From: Patescibacteria group bacterium | GTDB lineage: Bacteria; Patescibacteriota; CPR2; UBA1875 | Direction of reading: 5' to 3' | Length of the DNA: 13,051 bases | NCBI GenBank assembly: GCA_041737595.1 | Contig: JBGSRK010000015.1 | Span: 1-13,051 of the forward strand | Part shown: one piece after another, positions 1-8,733 of the stretch | Layout: the number at the start of each line of letters is the position of its first letter | Position numbering within the stretch: position 1 is the stretch's first letter | Notes under the pieces: generated by a model | Database searches by the model: none | Told to the model about the DNA's origin: nothing | Seen by the model: the letters and a program-made list of their open reading frames with translations, nothing else | Position numbers and translations under genes: made by a program

Positions 1-533
1 CTCCAGTTTTCAGATGATGGTGCTATATTTGGAGTAATATAATTATTCAGTAATCTAACTGGGAGAGTCGTAAATTCAATAACACTCGTTTCATTAATAT
101 TAGACATATTACCATTTCTGGACACTATTTTAGTTTTATAAAGTTTATTAGCCTCGAGCCCTGTAAATGAATATTCAAAGGTACCATTACCGGCGGGGTC
201 AACTTGTAACCAATCAGTTGTTTTCCCAATACCACTAATTAAAATATTATTCGCGTCGTAAAGATAATATTTAATACCAGAGTTTTCAAAATTTAGGTTG
301 CTATAATTTATATTTTCTGAATAAACAGTAATTGTATTAGAATCAAGTGTTGAATTTTTTATCTTAACATTACCAGGTGATTCTATATTGGTATACATTT
401 CATATTCAGTAGAGGGAGAAGGGTTTCCACTGCTATATGCATGAATATGTACTGAGTTATCAATATTCTTATTAACAACCCCTTCTTGAATCCATTCATA
501 GTAATTAGCGCCAGTTTTAGCACCCCCCCCCAT
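1..533 (-). CDS. Frameshifted C-terminal continuation of the giant surface protein (fibronectin type III-like domains); partial, runs off the left edge
   Basis: Manual translation is stop-free from 533 to the edge: MGGGAKTGANYYEWIQEGVVNKNIDNSVHIHAYSSGNPSPSTEYEMYTNIESPGNVKIK...GTFEYSFTGLEANKLYKTKIVSRNGNMSNINETSVIEFTTLPVRLLNNYITPNIAPSSENW. YSFTGLEANKLYK...EFTTLP is an FN3-like pattern. Removing one G from the tract at 523-531 joins it to the upstream ORF. Confidence 0.8.
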   Translation of the reverse strand, partial: MGGGAKTGANYYEWIQEGVVNKNIDNSVHIHAYSSGNPSPSTEYEMYTNIESPGNVKIKNSTLDSNTITVYSENINYSNLNFENSGIKYYLYDANNILISGIGKTTDWLQVDPAGNGTFEYSFTGLEANKLYKTKIVSRNGNMSNINETSVIEFTTLPVRLLNNYITPNIAPSSENW

Positions 534-3500
534 TTATTGATGCTAGTGGGGTATCACTTTCATCCCCTTCCACATGATCACCAGCAAAAAATTTAAATCC
601 ACCAATTGAGTCCGTTGGTTCTGATTGTTGCCATTTCCATTTAATAGATGTTTCTGTAATATTTTCATGGCTTAAATTATATGGCTTACCTGGTGGCATA
701 TATAATGAACCGTTAATTGGGGCAACAGGGGTTCTCCCAGTACCAGCTACGTAACTAATTGTCCCTGTCCATTGAGATTTATCACCATAAACAATACTGA
801 CACGTCCTCCACCCCCCCCACTCCCTTGATTTGTAGTAACAGATAAACCATTACCCCCAATAGCACTAATAACACCATTCCCCAACAAAGATCCAGTGGA
901 AACATTAACCGTACCACCAGAACCACCTCCCCCAGAACGGGTAGTTGAATAGATAGCACCGTTTGCACCATTTGAAATAATTTGACCGTTATTGGTTACT
1001 GAATTAACTGTATTTAATAAAATGGCGCCACCCCCCTTACCGCCAGTCCCCGAACTATAACTACCAGCACCACCACTACCAAGATCTACAGGCTTTTTAT
1101 CAACTCCATATGTATCTCCTCCAGTATAAAGGCTATAATAACCTCCATGCCCACCATAAGAGCCTCCTCCAGCGAAATAACTATTACTCTGGGCATAACC
1201 TGGTCCAAACCCACTCCCATTTGTACCAGTACCACCTGCGTAACCCTGTCCACTTGCATCAATCTTAGAACCAGCATCCACAGTAACATTCTTAGCATTT
1301 ATTGTAAGACCCCTACCATTGTAACTAGGGGATGTTGATATTGTGTAATAACCGAGTGGAGTAAGAGTAGAACCGTTTTTAACTAAAAGTAGACCGTTCG
1401 GGACATTTAAAGTTGAATTACCACCAACTGTCATAGTTGAAGTTAGAGCATCCCCTACTGTTGCATCTCCAGATACATTAATAGTTGAATTTGATGGGAA
1501 AGTAAGAGTCCCACTACTTAAAAGTAAATCATTATAGAAATTAAAAGTTGAAGGGGTTGTAGTTGGGTTTGTGTTACTGCCTAAAGTAGCAGTCCCCCCG
1601 TTTACATTGAATGTACCTGCATTAACAGTGGAACCATTACCGACAGTAACTGTTTTAGATGATGGGATATTAAAACTATTTGAACTTGAAGTTAATTGTG
1701 CACCAGTACCTAAGGTAATAGTACCATCAGTGTATGTTATGGGGGCAGAAATAGTAACATTAGCAACATTAGCACTTAGTGTTCCCCCATTAACTGTTAA
1801 TGATGCCCCTGAAATAGAAGTGCCTGTACCGACAGTAAATGTTTTTGTACTTGGGACAGTGAATGTATTAAGAGGGTTTTCAAGAACAGAATAAGACCCC
1901 GTGGTAAGATTCCCTGTCGCAGTGCGATTTATTTTTGCTGAAATATTACTATAATTACCAAGAGTTAATGTCCCATTATTAATATTTATTTCTGTAGTTA
2001 CTGGTATTGGGTTGGTAAGTGAGGTAAAGCTTGGAAAGGTTAATACAGCCCCACTCTGTTCTAAAGATATAGCCGTATTATTCAATGTAGCAGGTTCTGC
2101 ACTAAATAATATACTGTGGTTAGCATTCAAAGTAATATCACTTACCACACTAAATGTACCGCTCCCAATACTTACTACATTTGTATTCCCATTCGTCATA
2201 AATAATGAGCCAGAACTTAATGTAGTATTGGTCCCTGTATAAAATTTAGTGTTGTTACTACTAAGTTTTAATTCATTTGTGACTGAAATATCATTACTAT
2301 TACCTATAGTAAAGTTGTAGCCTCCATTTAATATAAAGGTATTATATTTCTGTGTTAACCCCGACTGAGTATTTGTTAAAGCGACTGTCATTGTTACAGC
2401 CAGGTCAGGGTATACCGAAGTATTAATCAATGTTTCACCGGCCGAAAAATCAATATCGGCTGGTAAATTATCGTTATTACCCCCATAGCTAGACCAGGAA
2501 CTTTGTACGCCAGTCGAATTAAGATAGCTTGCCTGCCAATGGTAACTTATGCCAGCTGTTAATTTACCACTGGGTATATTAACAGTAGCCAAATATACCC
2601 CGTTTTTAGTATCTATTATTGAGCCTTGATAAGTATTTATATTATCAATAGTACATATATCAGTCCCGGTGCACGTAAAGGCAGTGTCTACGGATCGTAT
2701 CTCAATTTGTGGGGTGAAAACATTAGTTATACCTGGGCTATTTGACTGATACCAAAAAGATAGATTTATCCCAGATTCATTTGTAGTTGCCCCTGTGCCA
2801 AGCACAGTATTACTAATTGTTTTTTGGTTACCAAACCCTAATATACTATCATTTGCAGGATAAGAAAGTGTCCCATCTTCGCCACCATTATAACTAGTGC
2901 CTTTTGTAGTAATATTTGATTCTGTAAGGGCCGAACCTGACCAAGTAGAACTATTAAATTCGATAAATACTCTACCGCCTCCGCCTCCTCCTGAGAATCT
3001 ATATGTTTCATTCCCCCCTTTACTTGCTAAAATACCATTTCCAGAAAAAATATTTGTTTTTATCCAAATACTACCACCACTACCGCCCGAGTATGTGTTC
3101 GTGCCTCCATTGGCAAGCAATGAACCGTTATTTATAAATGAATTATTAGAGATAACTTTTATTGCACCACCACCTGTGCCACCTCTGTTAGAGCCCCCGC
3201 TACCTAAATCTGTGGGCTGGTATACAGAACCGTAAGTTTCACCGTAAGGGACGCCACTACACCATAGACTCCTACCACCAGCACCACCATAACTTCCCCC
3301 GTTCCCACCCTCTAAAAGACAAGAACCAGCCCCTGGGCCATCACCTAAAATTGAACTCCCCCCTCCGATATAGCCCTGTAAGGAAGCATCAATCTTAGAA
3401 CCAGTATCAATTTGTATATTATTACCTGCGTTAAGGGTCACCCCTTTACCATTTGTCGCTGCCGTACCAGTTCCTGTGTAATATCCTTTTGGTATGATAC

Positions 3501-5481
3501 TCGAATTACCCGTTACTAAGATATCTCCTGTCCCACCAGCCACATTTACATCTATGACAGAACCGTCAATTGTATCTGTAGGCTGTATATTTAGTACTGC
3601 CCCATTTTTAACAGTTATAGATTTATATCCATTAACCCCTTGTCTATCACTATAAATAGTATATTGCTCACCATCAACAACAAGATCTCCACCAGCAATA
3701 TCACCGGTTACTCCTATTGTAATAGAAATATAAGGTATCAAGCTTTTATTAGTAATGTAGTCAGAAGAATAAAAAGTTGATGTACCAGTGGTTGCTGTTA
3801 GTACTATTCCGTTATTAGTTAATAAACCAGCTTGCCAAGCTTGAGTAATATTTGTAATATCAAATTTTTGCCAATTTACAGATGCAGAGGTAGTAAGAGT
3901 AGATGTATAACCAGTATTATAATCTCCAGTTCCAAAAGTGGTTGAAGCCCAAGTATTGGTGCCATCTTTCTTTGACCAGGTTGCTCCTGTTTCCGTCCAA
4001 CCGCTAGTTGTAAGAGGATAAATAGTAGTCGCAACGGCCGTTGTACTAGATTGGTAAAGATTTAAAGAGGCTGAAGTTATCCCCTCACCCGGGTTTAATA
4101 GAGTTGAATAATCAAAGTGTAGTAATGGACGGGTTGTTGAGGAGTTGCTAAGTGTAGTGGCAGTTCCATAATTTGTTGTTGTGGCCCCAGAATTGATATA
4201 AGTATCTTTTTTGGTGCTTGTTTCAAGTTCAACTTTAATAGTCCCTTTGTTATCTACAATATTTTGACCAGTTAAAAAAACAACTTGGAGATTTGTACCC
4301 GTAATAGTATTCCAGGTTGAACTATCTGTTGTTACTGTAATATTAGAACCATTCCAAACAATACCACCATCTGTTGAATATTGAACTGTGGTGGTAGTGG
4401 TGTATTTAATTGTATAAATATTTGGAGTTAAGGTGCTCCCCGATAGAGGTCTGACCGAGAGAAGTGGTATACCTACTGTGTTATTAGTAGTTAAACGATA
4501 ATTATTTGGCTGAATATTATAAATTGTTGGATCGAGTATCATAGGATACGTCATACTACTAAGATCTGGTATTTTAATTTTTAATGAATATTTATTTTTT
4601 TCAGTTTTAACTAAAATGTAGTCGAGATATTTTATAACTTCATTTTTATCTTGGATAAAGGGTTGTGGCATTTGAGCCAATAGGGCACCTTCATCTAAAA
4701 CAAGTATGCTTCCGTTAATATCTTCTCTAAGGTTTAATTTAGTTTCAATTATTTCATTTATTTCATAAGGATGCCCTGATTCTTTAAATATAAAGTTTTG
4801 CTTAATTCCGGTAGGTTCTGCGATTCGTTCAAGATTAGTATTAGTATAAATATTTTTATATGTTGCTTTATTGTTTTCTATAGTTGGATTTGATTTATTA
4901 AGTTGATCCGAGAGAGCAAACTTCATTTTATAATCTTTATCTAACTGATTTGAAATTTGAGGGGTAAACTCAATTGGCTTTGAAATATCTTTTTGAAACC
5001 TAAGGTTATACGGGGTTTTTAAAACCTCAAAATTATTCTCATCAAGATTAGTAATATTTGTGTCTATAAGTTGATAATTACCATTTTTATCTTGATAATT
5101 TATTTGTTCTCCATAAACACGATATTCTTTTTTCCCCTCAGAGTTTTGATAAACTCTAATGTTTGGTTTTCTTTCACTAGGAAGTTCTGCATATGCCTGT
5201 AATGGTTTTGATGGGCTGAAAATACTTGGGGCTAAAAATTGAGTAAGCGAAAAAAAAGTAATTGATATTATAAAGGCCATTAAGGTCGCATTATGGATTT
5301 TAGATGAATAAGGTTTATCAGTCCATTTTTTATATCTTCCACCTTTAGAGTAAGAGATATCATGAAGTTTTCTTATTTTAAGATGATAAAAATTTAACCC
5401 TTCGAAATACAAAAGACGAGCTTTAGATATAGCTATCCCAAAACGATAGAATATGTTTGTTTGTTTACCCTTCTTTTTCAA
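517..5481 (-). CDS. Giant secreted/surface protein (1654 aa up to the frameshift): N-terminal TM/signal segment, wall-associated-protein-like region, DNRLRE/CBM96-like domain, two Gly-rich modules, beta-helix-like T/S/N/G-rich region, start of an FN3 domain
   Basis: TTG start with AAGGGGG SD at about 5489-5495. Hydrophobic segment LMAFIISITFFSLTQFLAP; YPMILDPT motif; DTYINSGATTTNYG...RPLLHFD...WTETGATW...FDITNITQAW...NNGIVL...FYSSD; two IDASxQGYxGG...GGSYGG...PxDLGSGG...GGGGGRV modules; PGKPYNLSHENITETSIKWKW FN3 start. Domains assigned by eye. Confidence 0.85.
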   Translation of the reverse strand: MKKKGKQTNIFYRFGIAISKARLLYFEGLNFYHLKIRKLHDISYSKGGRYKKWTDKPYSSKIHNATLMAFIISITFFSLTQFLAPSIFSPSKPLQAYAELPSERKPNIRVYQNSEGKKEYRVYGEQINYQDKNGNYQLIDTNITNLDENNFEVLKTPYNLRFQKDISKPIEFTPQISNQLDKDYKMKFALSDQLNKSNPTIENNKATYKNIYTNTNLERIAEPTGIKQNFIFKESGHPYEINEIIETKLNLREDINGSILVLDEGALLAQMPQPFIQDKNEVIKYLDYILVKTEKNKYSLKIKIPDLSSMTYPMILDPTIYNIQPNNYRLTTNNTVGIPLLSVRPLSGSTLTPNIYTIKYTTTTTVQYSTDGGIVWNGSNITVTTDSSTWNTITGTNLQVVFLTGQNIVDNKGTIKVELETSTKKDTYINSGATTTNYGTATTLSNSSTTRPLLHFDYSTLLNPGEGITSASLNLYQSSTTAVATTIYPLTTSGWTETGATWSKKDGTNTWASTTFGTGDYNTGYTSTLTTSASVNWQKFDITNITQAWQAGLLTNNGIVLTATTGTSTFYSSDYITNKSLIPYISITIGVTGDIAGGDLVVDGEQYTIYSDRQGVNGYKSITVKNGAVLNIQPTDTIDGSVIDVNVAGGTGDILVTGNSSIIPKGYYTGTGTAATNGKGVTLNAGNNIQIDTGSKIDASLQGYIGGGSSILGDGPGAGSCLLEGGNGGSYGGAGGRSLWCSGVPYGETYGSVYQPTDLGSGGSNRGGTGGGAIKVISNNSFINNGSLLANGGTNTYSGGSGGSIWIKTNIFSGNGILASKGGNETYRFSGGGGGGRVFIEFNSSTWSGSALTESNITTKGTSYNGGEDGTLSYPANDSILGFGNQKTISNTVLGTGATTNESGINLSFWYQSNSPGITNVFTPQIEIRSVDTAFTCTGTDICTIDNINTYQGSIIDTKNGVYLATVNIPSGKLTAGISYHWQASYLNSTGVQSSWSSYGGNNDNLPADIDFSAGETLINTSVYPDLAVTMTVALTNTQSGLTQKYNTFILNGGYNFTIGNSNDISVTNELKLSSNNTKFYTGTNTTLSSGSLFMTNGNTNVVSIGSGTFSVVSDITLNANHSILFSAEPATLNNTAISLEQSGAVLTFPSFTSLTNPIPVTTEININNGTLTLGNYSNISAKINRTATGNLTTGSYSVLENPLNTFTVPSTKTFTVGTGTSISGASLTVNGGTLSANVANVTISAPITYTDGTITLGTGAQLTSSSNSFNIPSSKTVTVGNGSTVNAGTFNVNGGTATLGSNTNPTTTPSTFNFYNDLLLSSGTLTFPSNSTINVSGDATVGDALTSTMTVGGNSTLNVPNGLLLVKNGSTLTPLGYYTISTSPSYNGRGLTINAKNVTVDAGSKIDASGQGYAGGTGTNGSGFGPGYAQSNSYFAGGGSYGGHGGYYSLYTGGDTYGVDKKPVDLGSGGAGSYSSGTGGKGGGAILLNTVNSVTNNGQIISNGANGAIYSTTRSGGGGSGGTVNVSTGSLLGNGVISAIGGNGLSVTTNQGSGGGGGRVSIVYGDKSQWTGTISYVAGTGRTPVAPINGSLYMPPGKPYNLSHENITETSIKWKWQQSEPTDSIGGFKFFAGDHVEGDESDTPLASINGGGC
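523..531 (-). repeat. G9 homopolymer at the frameshift site
   Basis: Nine C on the + strand. Minus strand reads AAT GGG GGG GGG TGC TAA; with G8 it reads AAT GGG GGG GGT GCT AAA ACT... and stays open. Confidence 0.9.
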
Positions 5482-5511
5482 GCAAAATCCCCCTTAATAA
5501 TTTCTTCGTAT

Positions 5512-5541
5512 ATTTTACTACTTTTTTCTAAATCAATGCAA
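5512..5541 (-). promoter_or_regulatory. Putative sigma70-type promoter of the giant surface protein gene
   Basis: TTGCAT-N18-TAAAAT about 30 nt upstream of the TTG start. The AT-rich context lowers specificity. Confidence 0.4.
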
Positions 5542-5561
5542 GCAAAAAAACATGTCTATTC

Positions 5562-5597
5562 AAAAGGGACGGACCCTCTGGAGGGTCCGTCCCTTTT
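5562..5597. terminator. 17-bp perfect inverted repeat; bidirectional terminator-like or REP-like palindrome downstream of leuS
   Basis: AAAAGGGACGGACCCTC-TG-GAGGGTCCGTCCCTTTT, with A/T tracts at both ends. Confidence 0.7.
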
Positions 5598-5613
5598 TAT
5601 GCCTCTTATATAG

Positions 5614-5639
5614 GGTCTCTCCCTCGAGAGGGAGAGACC
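5614..5639. repeat. 12-bp perfect inverted repeat related to the neighbouring palindrome
   Basis: GGTCTCTCCCTC-GA-GAGGGAGAGACC; shares the CCCTC-NN-GAGGG core with 5562-5597. Confidence 0.75.
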
Positions 5640-5657
5640 GTTAAAACTTAAAGTTTT

Positions 5658-8510
5658 TTAGATAACAATATTTAAGATCTTATTTGGGATATAAATAATT
5701 TTTTTTGGTTTTTCGGTGCCAATATATTTTTTTACATTTTCTTCGACTAATGCTTTTTCTTCAACATTTTTTTGAGTACTATTTTTATTCATCATTATAT
5801 TAGCTCTGACTTTACCGTTTATTTGCACAACAATAGTCACAATGTCGTCCTCAATCATCTTCGGGTCAAATTTAGGCCATGGCTCAAGATGTACACTTTT
5901 AGTGTTCCCTAATTTCATCCAAAGCTCTTCTGCAAGATGTGGTGCAAACGGAGCAAGTATAATCGCGAATTTAGAAAGTATTATTTTATTCTGTTTCTTC
6001 TCTTTTGTAAGTGTATTTAAAAGAATCATAAGTGTACTAACAGCAGTATTAAATCTGAAATTTAATATATCTTCTTCAACCTTTTTTATGGTACGATTGA
6101 TTATTTTTTCATGTTCTATTTTTGGTTCACCTTCTTCAGTTGGTAGTTCAAATAGATTCCAAGTTCTTTTTAAAAATTTATGAACTCCTTCTACTCCCTT
6201 TTCGTTCCAAGCCGCAACGTCTTCAAATGGGCCTATAAACATTTCATATGTTCTAAAAGTATCACCGCCAAAATTTTCAATAATTTCATCTGGATTAACT
6301 ACATTCCCTCTTGATTTAGACATTTTTTGGTTATCTTTCCCAAGTATCATTCCGTGTGAATGACGTCTTTTATACGGTTCTTCAGTTGGGACAACCCCAG
6401 CATCAAATAATGCTTTATACCAAAATCTTGAATATAAAAGATGAAGAGTTGTATGCTCCATACCTCCGTTATAAAGATCGACTGGAAGCCAATATTCCAT
6501 TTTATCTCTAGCGGCAAGTTCCTTGTCATTTTTTGCATCAACATAACGGATATAATACCAACTTGAACCTGCCCAATTTGGCATTGTGTCTGTTTCTCTT
6601 TTTGCTGAACCACCACATTTTGGACATTTTACATTAACCCAAGATTCAACAGCTGCAAGCGGAGATTCCCCTGTCCCTGTTGGTTCATATTTTTCAACCA
6701 TAGGAAGTTCTACTGGTAAATCTTTTACTGGGACTGGGACTTCGCCACATTTTTCACAATGAATTATTGGAATCGGCTCTCCCCAATAATGTTGACGAGA
6801 AAAAATCCAATCGCGAAGCTTATAATTAATTGCCTTTTTAGCTAATTTTTTCTTTGAAAGTTCTGTAATTATTTTTTCTTTCGCTTCTTCTGGTTTTAGA
6901 TCATTATATTCTTCTGAATTCATTAAAACCCCTTCATCAGTCCAAGGTTGGCCATCCATAAGATCTGTTTCAAAAATATATTTATGATTTATAAGTGAAA
7001 TTTCATTTAACATTTCGTCTTTAGTTTTCCAACTTATGTGATGTAGATCCTTTTCTTCTTCTTCTCGCTCTTTTAATTCACCGTCAGCAAGTTGGATAAA
7101 GATGTTTTTTTGATAAGCATGTCTATTTACCCCTTTGTGTGGGGCATGGAATTGATCAATATGTGAAAGTTTAACATATCTTGCTTCTTTTATATTTTGA
7201 TAACCAGTTTCTTCTCTTATTTCTCTTTTTGCTGCTTCAAGTGGGTCTTCTCCTTCTTCTATCCCACCAGTAAATAGACACTTCCAGTTAAATTTAGGGG
7301 AATAATCAAGAAGGTATTTTTCTTCTTTCCAGTGTTTAACGATTACAATTACCCCATTTCTTATTGTATTTTCAGCGTCTTTTTTAGGAGGATTAATTGG
7401 ATCCACAAAAATTGGTGAAATAACCTGAATTATTGGCAAATCATATTTTTTAGCAAAATCCCAGTCACGCTCATCATGGGCAGGAACCGCCATAATTGCA
7501 CCATGACCATAGTTCATAAGAACATAATCAGATATCCAAATTGGAATTTTTTCATTATTAATTGGATTTATGGCAAAACTCCCAGTGAATACCCCTGTTT
7601 TATCTTTTTCAAGCTCTTGTCTTTCAAGATCACTTTTAAATTTAGTGTCTTTTACATATTTTAAAACATTCTTTTCTTGTTCTTTTGTTGTTAATTTTTG
7701 AACCAAAGGATGTTCTGGGGCAATAACCATAAAGGTAGCTCCAAAAAGAGTGTCTGGACGCGTTGTAAAGACCCACATGTCGTTTTCTTTTCCTTCAGTA
7801 TCAACTGCCTTAAAAAGAACTTCGGCCCCTTCTGAGCGCCCTATCCAGTTGATTTGTTGAGTTGATATTTTTGATAAATAATCAACATTTTTAAGATCTT
7901 CGATCAGTCTATCTGCATATTTAGTAATTTTAAGCATCCATTGGCTTAATTCTTTTCTTTCTGACTGAGCACCACAACGTTCACATTTACCATCAATTAC
8001 TTCTTCGTTTGCTAACCCAGTTTTACAAGAAGGGCACCAATTTATTGGCATTTTTTGTTTATAGGCAAGCCCCATTTCATATAGCTTTAAAAATATCCAC
8101 TGGGTCCATTTATAATACTGGGGATCAGTTGTATTTATTTCTCTATCCCAATCAAATGAACACCCCCAAGATATCAATTGCTTTTTAGAGTTTTCAATAT
8201 TATTTTTAATTGTAATAGATGGGTGGATACCAGTTTTTATTGCATAATTTTCGGCTGGGAGTCCAAAAGCATCCCAACCAATTGGGAAAAGTACATTGTA
8301 TCCTTGCATTCGCTTTAACCTTGAAAGAGCGTCAAGTGCACTATAACTCCGACCATGACCAACATGAAGGCGTTCACCAGAAGGATATGGGAATTCAATT
8401 AAGCAGTAAAATTTTTCCTTTTTATCAAAATCCTTGGCAGCGTAAATATTAGAATCTAACCATTTCTTCTGCCACTTCTTCTCTATTTTTTTGTGATTAT
8501 ATTCAGACAT
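5658..8510 (-). CDS. leuS: Leucyl-tRNA synthetase with an inserted Nudix hydrolase domain
   Basis: FPYPSG-RLHVGH (HIGH motif), GWDAFGLPAEN, CP1 editing motifs TTRPDT and GAIMAVPAHDERD, LRDWIFSRQHYWGEPIP, KMSKS and C-terminal VQINGKVR. Nudix box GGIEEGEDPLEAAKREIREETG at 7203-7268. GAGGG SD at 8514-8518. Confidence 0.98.
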   Translation of the reverse strand: MSEYNHKKIEKKWQKKWLDSNIYAAKDFDKKEKFYCLIEFPYPSGERLHVGHGRSYSALDALSRLKRMQGYNVLFPIGWDAFGLPAENYAIKTGIHPSITIKNNIENSKKQLISWGCSFDWDREINTTDPQYYKWTQWIFLKLYEMGLAYKQKMPINWCPSCKTGLANEEVIDGKCERCGAQSERKELSQWMLKITKYADRLIEDLKNVDYLSKISTQQINWIGRSEGAEVLFKAVDTEGKENDMWVFTTRPDTLFGATFMVIAPEHPLVQKLTTKEQEKNVLKYVKDTKFKSDLERQELEKDKTGVFTGSFAINPINNEKIPIWISDYVLMNYGHGAIMAVPAHDERDWDFAKKYDLPIIQVISPIFVDPINPPKKDAENTIRNGVIVIVKHWKEEKYLLDYSPKFNWKCLFTGGIEEGEDPLEAAKREIREETGYQNIKEARYVKLSHIDQFHAPHKGVNRHAYQKNIFIQLADGELKEREEEEKDLHHISWKTKDEMLNEISLINHKYIFETDLMDGQPWTDEGVLMNSEEYNDLKPEEAKEKIITELSKKKLAKKAINYKLRDWIFSRQHYWGEPIPIIHCEKCGEVPVPVKDLPVELPMVEKYEPTGTGESPLAAVESWVNVKCPKCGGSAKRETDTMPNWAGSSWYYIRYVDAKNDKELAARDKMEYWLPVDLYNGGMEHTTLHLLYSRFWYKALFDAGVVPTEEPYKRRHSHGMILGKDNQKMSKSRGNVVNPDEIIENFGGDTFRTYEMFIGPFEDVAAWNEKGVEGVHKFLKRTWNLFELPTEEGEPKIEHEKIINRTIKKVEEDILNFRFNTAVSTLMILLNTLTKEKKQNKIILSKFAIILAPFAPHLAEELWMKLGNTKSVHLEPWPKFDPKMIEDDIVTIVVQINGKVRANIMMNKNSTQKNVEEKALVEENVKKYIGTEKPKKIIYIPNKILNIVI

Positions 8511-8518
8511 TTTCCCTC

Positions 8519-8608
8519 GTCATTCTGAACTTCCTGCCCATCCGCAGGCGGGGATTCAGAATTTAGATTCCAGCTCAACTTATCATAAATTGATTAGGCT
8601 GGAATGAC
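8519..8608. repeat. Composite palindromic element (REP/MITE-like) in the leuS upstream region
   Basis: Terminal IR GTCATTC...GAATGAC. Internal stems ATTCTGAA(8522-8529)/TTCAGAAT(8555-8562) and ATTCCAGC(8567-8574)/GCTGGAAT(8598-8605), each enclosing a further hairpin. Confidence 0.75.
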
Positions 8609-8678
8609 AATTAATAATTACCCATTTGTAGCAAAATATTACCATAATTTATGCTTAATATAAAGAGCTCTGTGATTT

Positions 8679-8725
8679 TTTGAAACTAAAAAAGAACCGG
8701 GGGAAGGTTCTTTTTTAGTTTCAAA
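8679..8725. terminator. 20-bp perfect inverted repeat; probable intrinsic terminator of the 8734-9228 gene
   Basis: TTTGAAACTAAAAAAGAACC-GGGGGAA-GGTTCTTTTTTAGTTTCAAA, 8 nt after the stop codon. Confidence 0.75.
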
Positions 8726-8733
8726 TGTTTTTA

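Noticed and set aside
2221-2228. Third TGTAGTAT box
   Set aside because: No TGAAAGAT at the 15-nt spacing, and it lies antisense inside a CDS.
747-3235. Small ORFs overlapping the giant gene (747-971, 1086-1298, 1147-1338, 1571-1894, 2012-2242, 2897-3235)
   Set aside because: Shadow or antisense frames of a long, codon-biased CDS with no recognisable motifs.
8511-8678. T-box riboswitch upstream of leuS
   Set aside because: No T-box consensus (GGTGGNACCGCG) or stem I features visible; the structure resembles a palindromic repeat instead.
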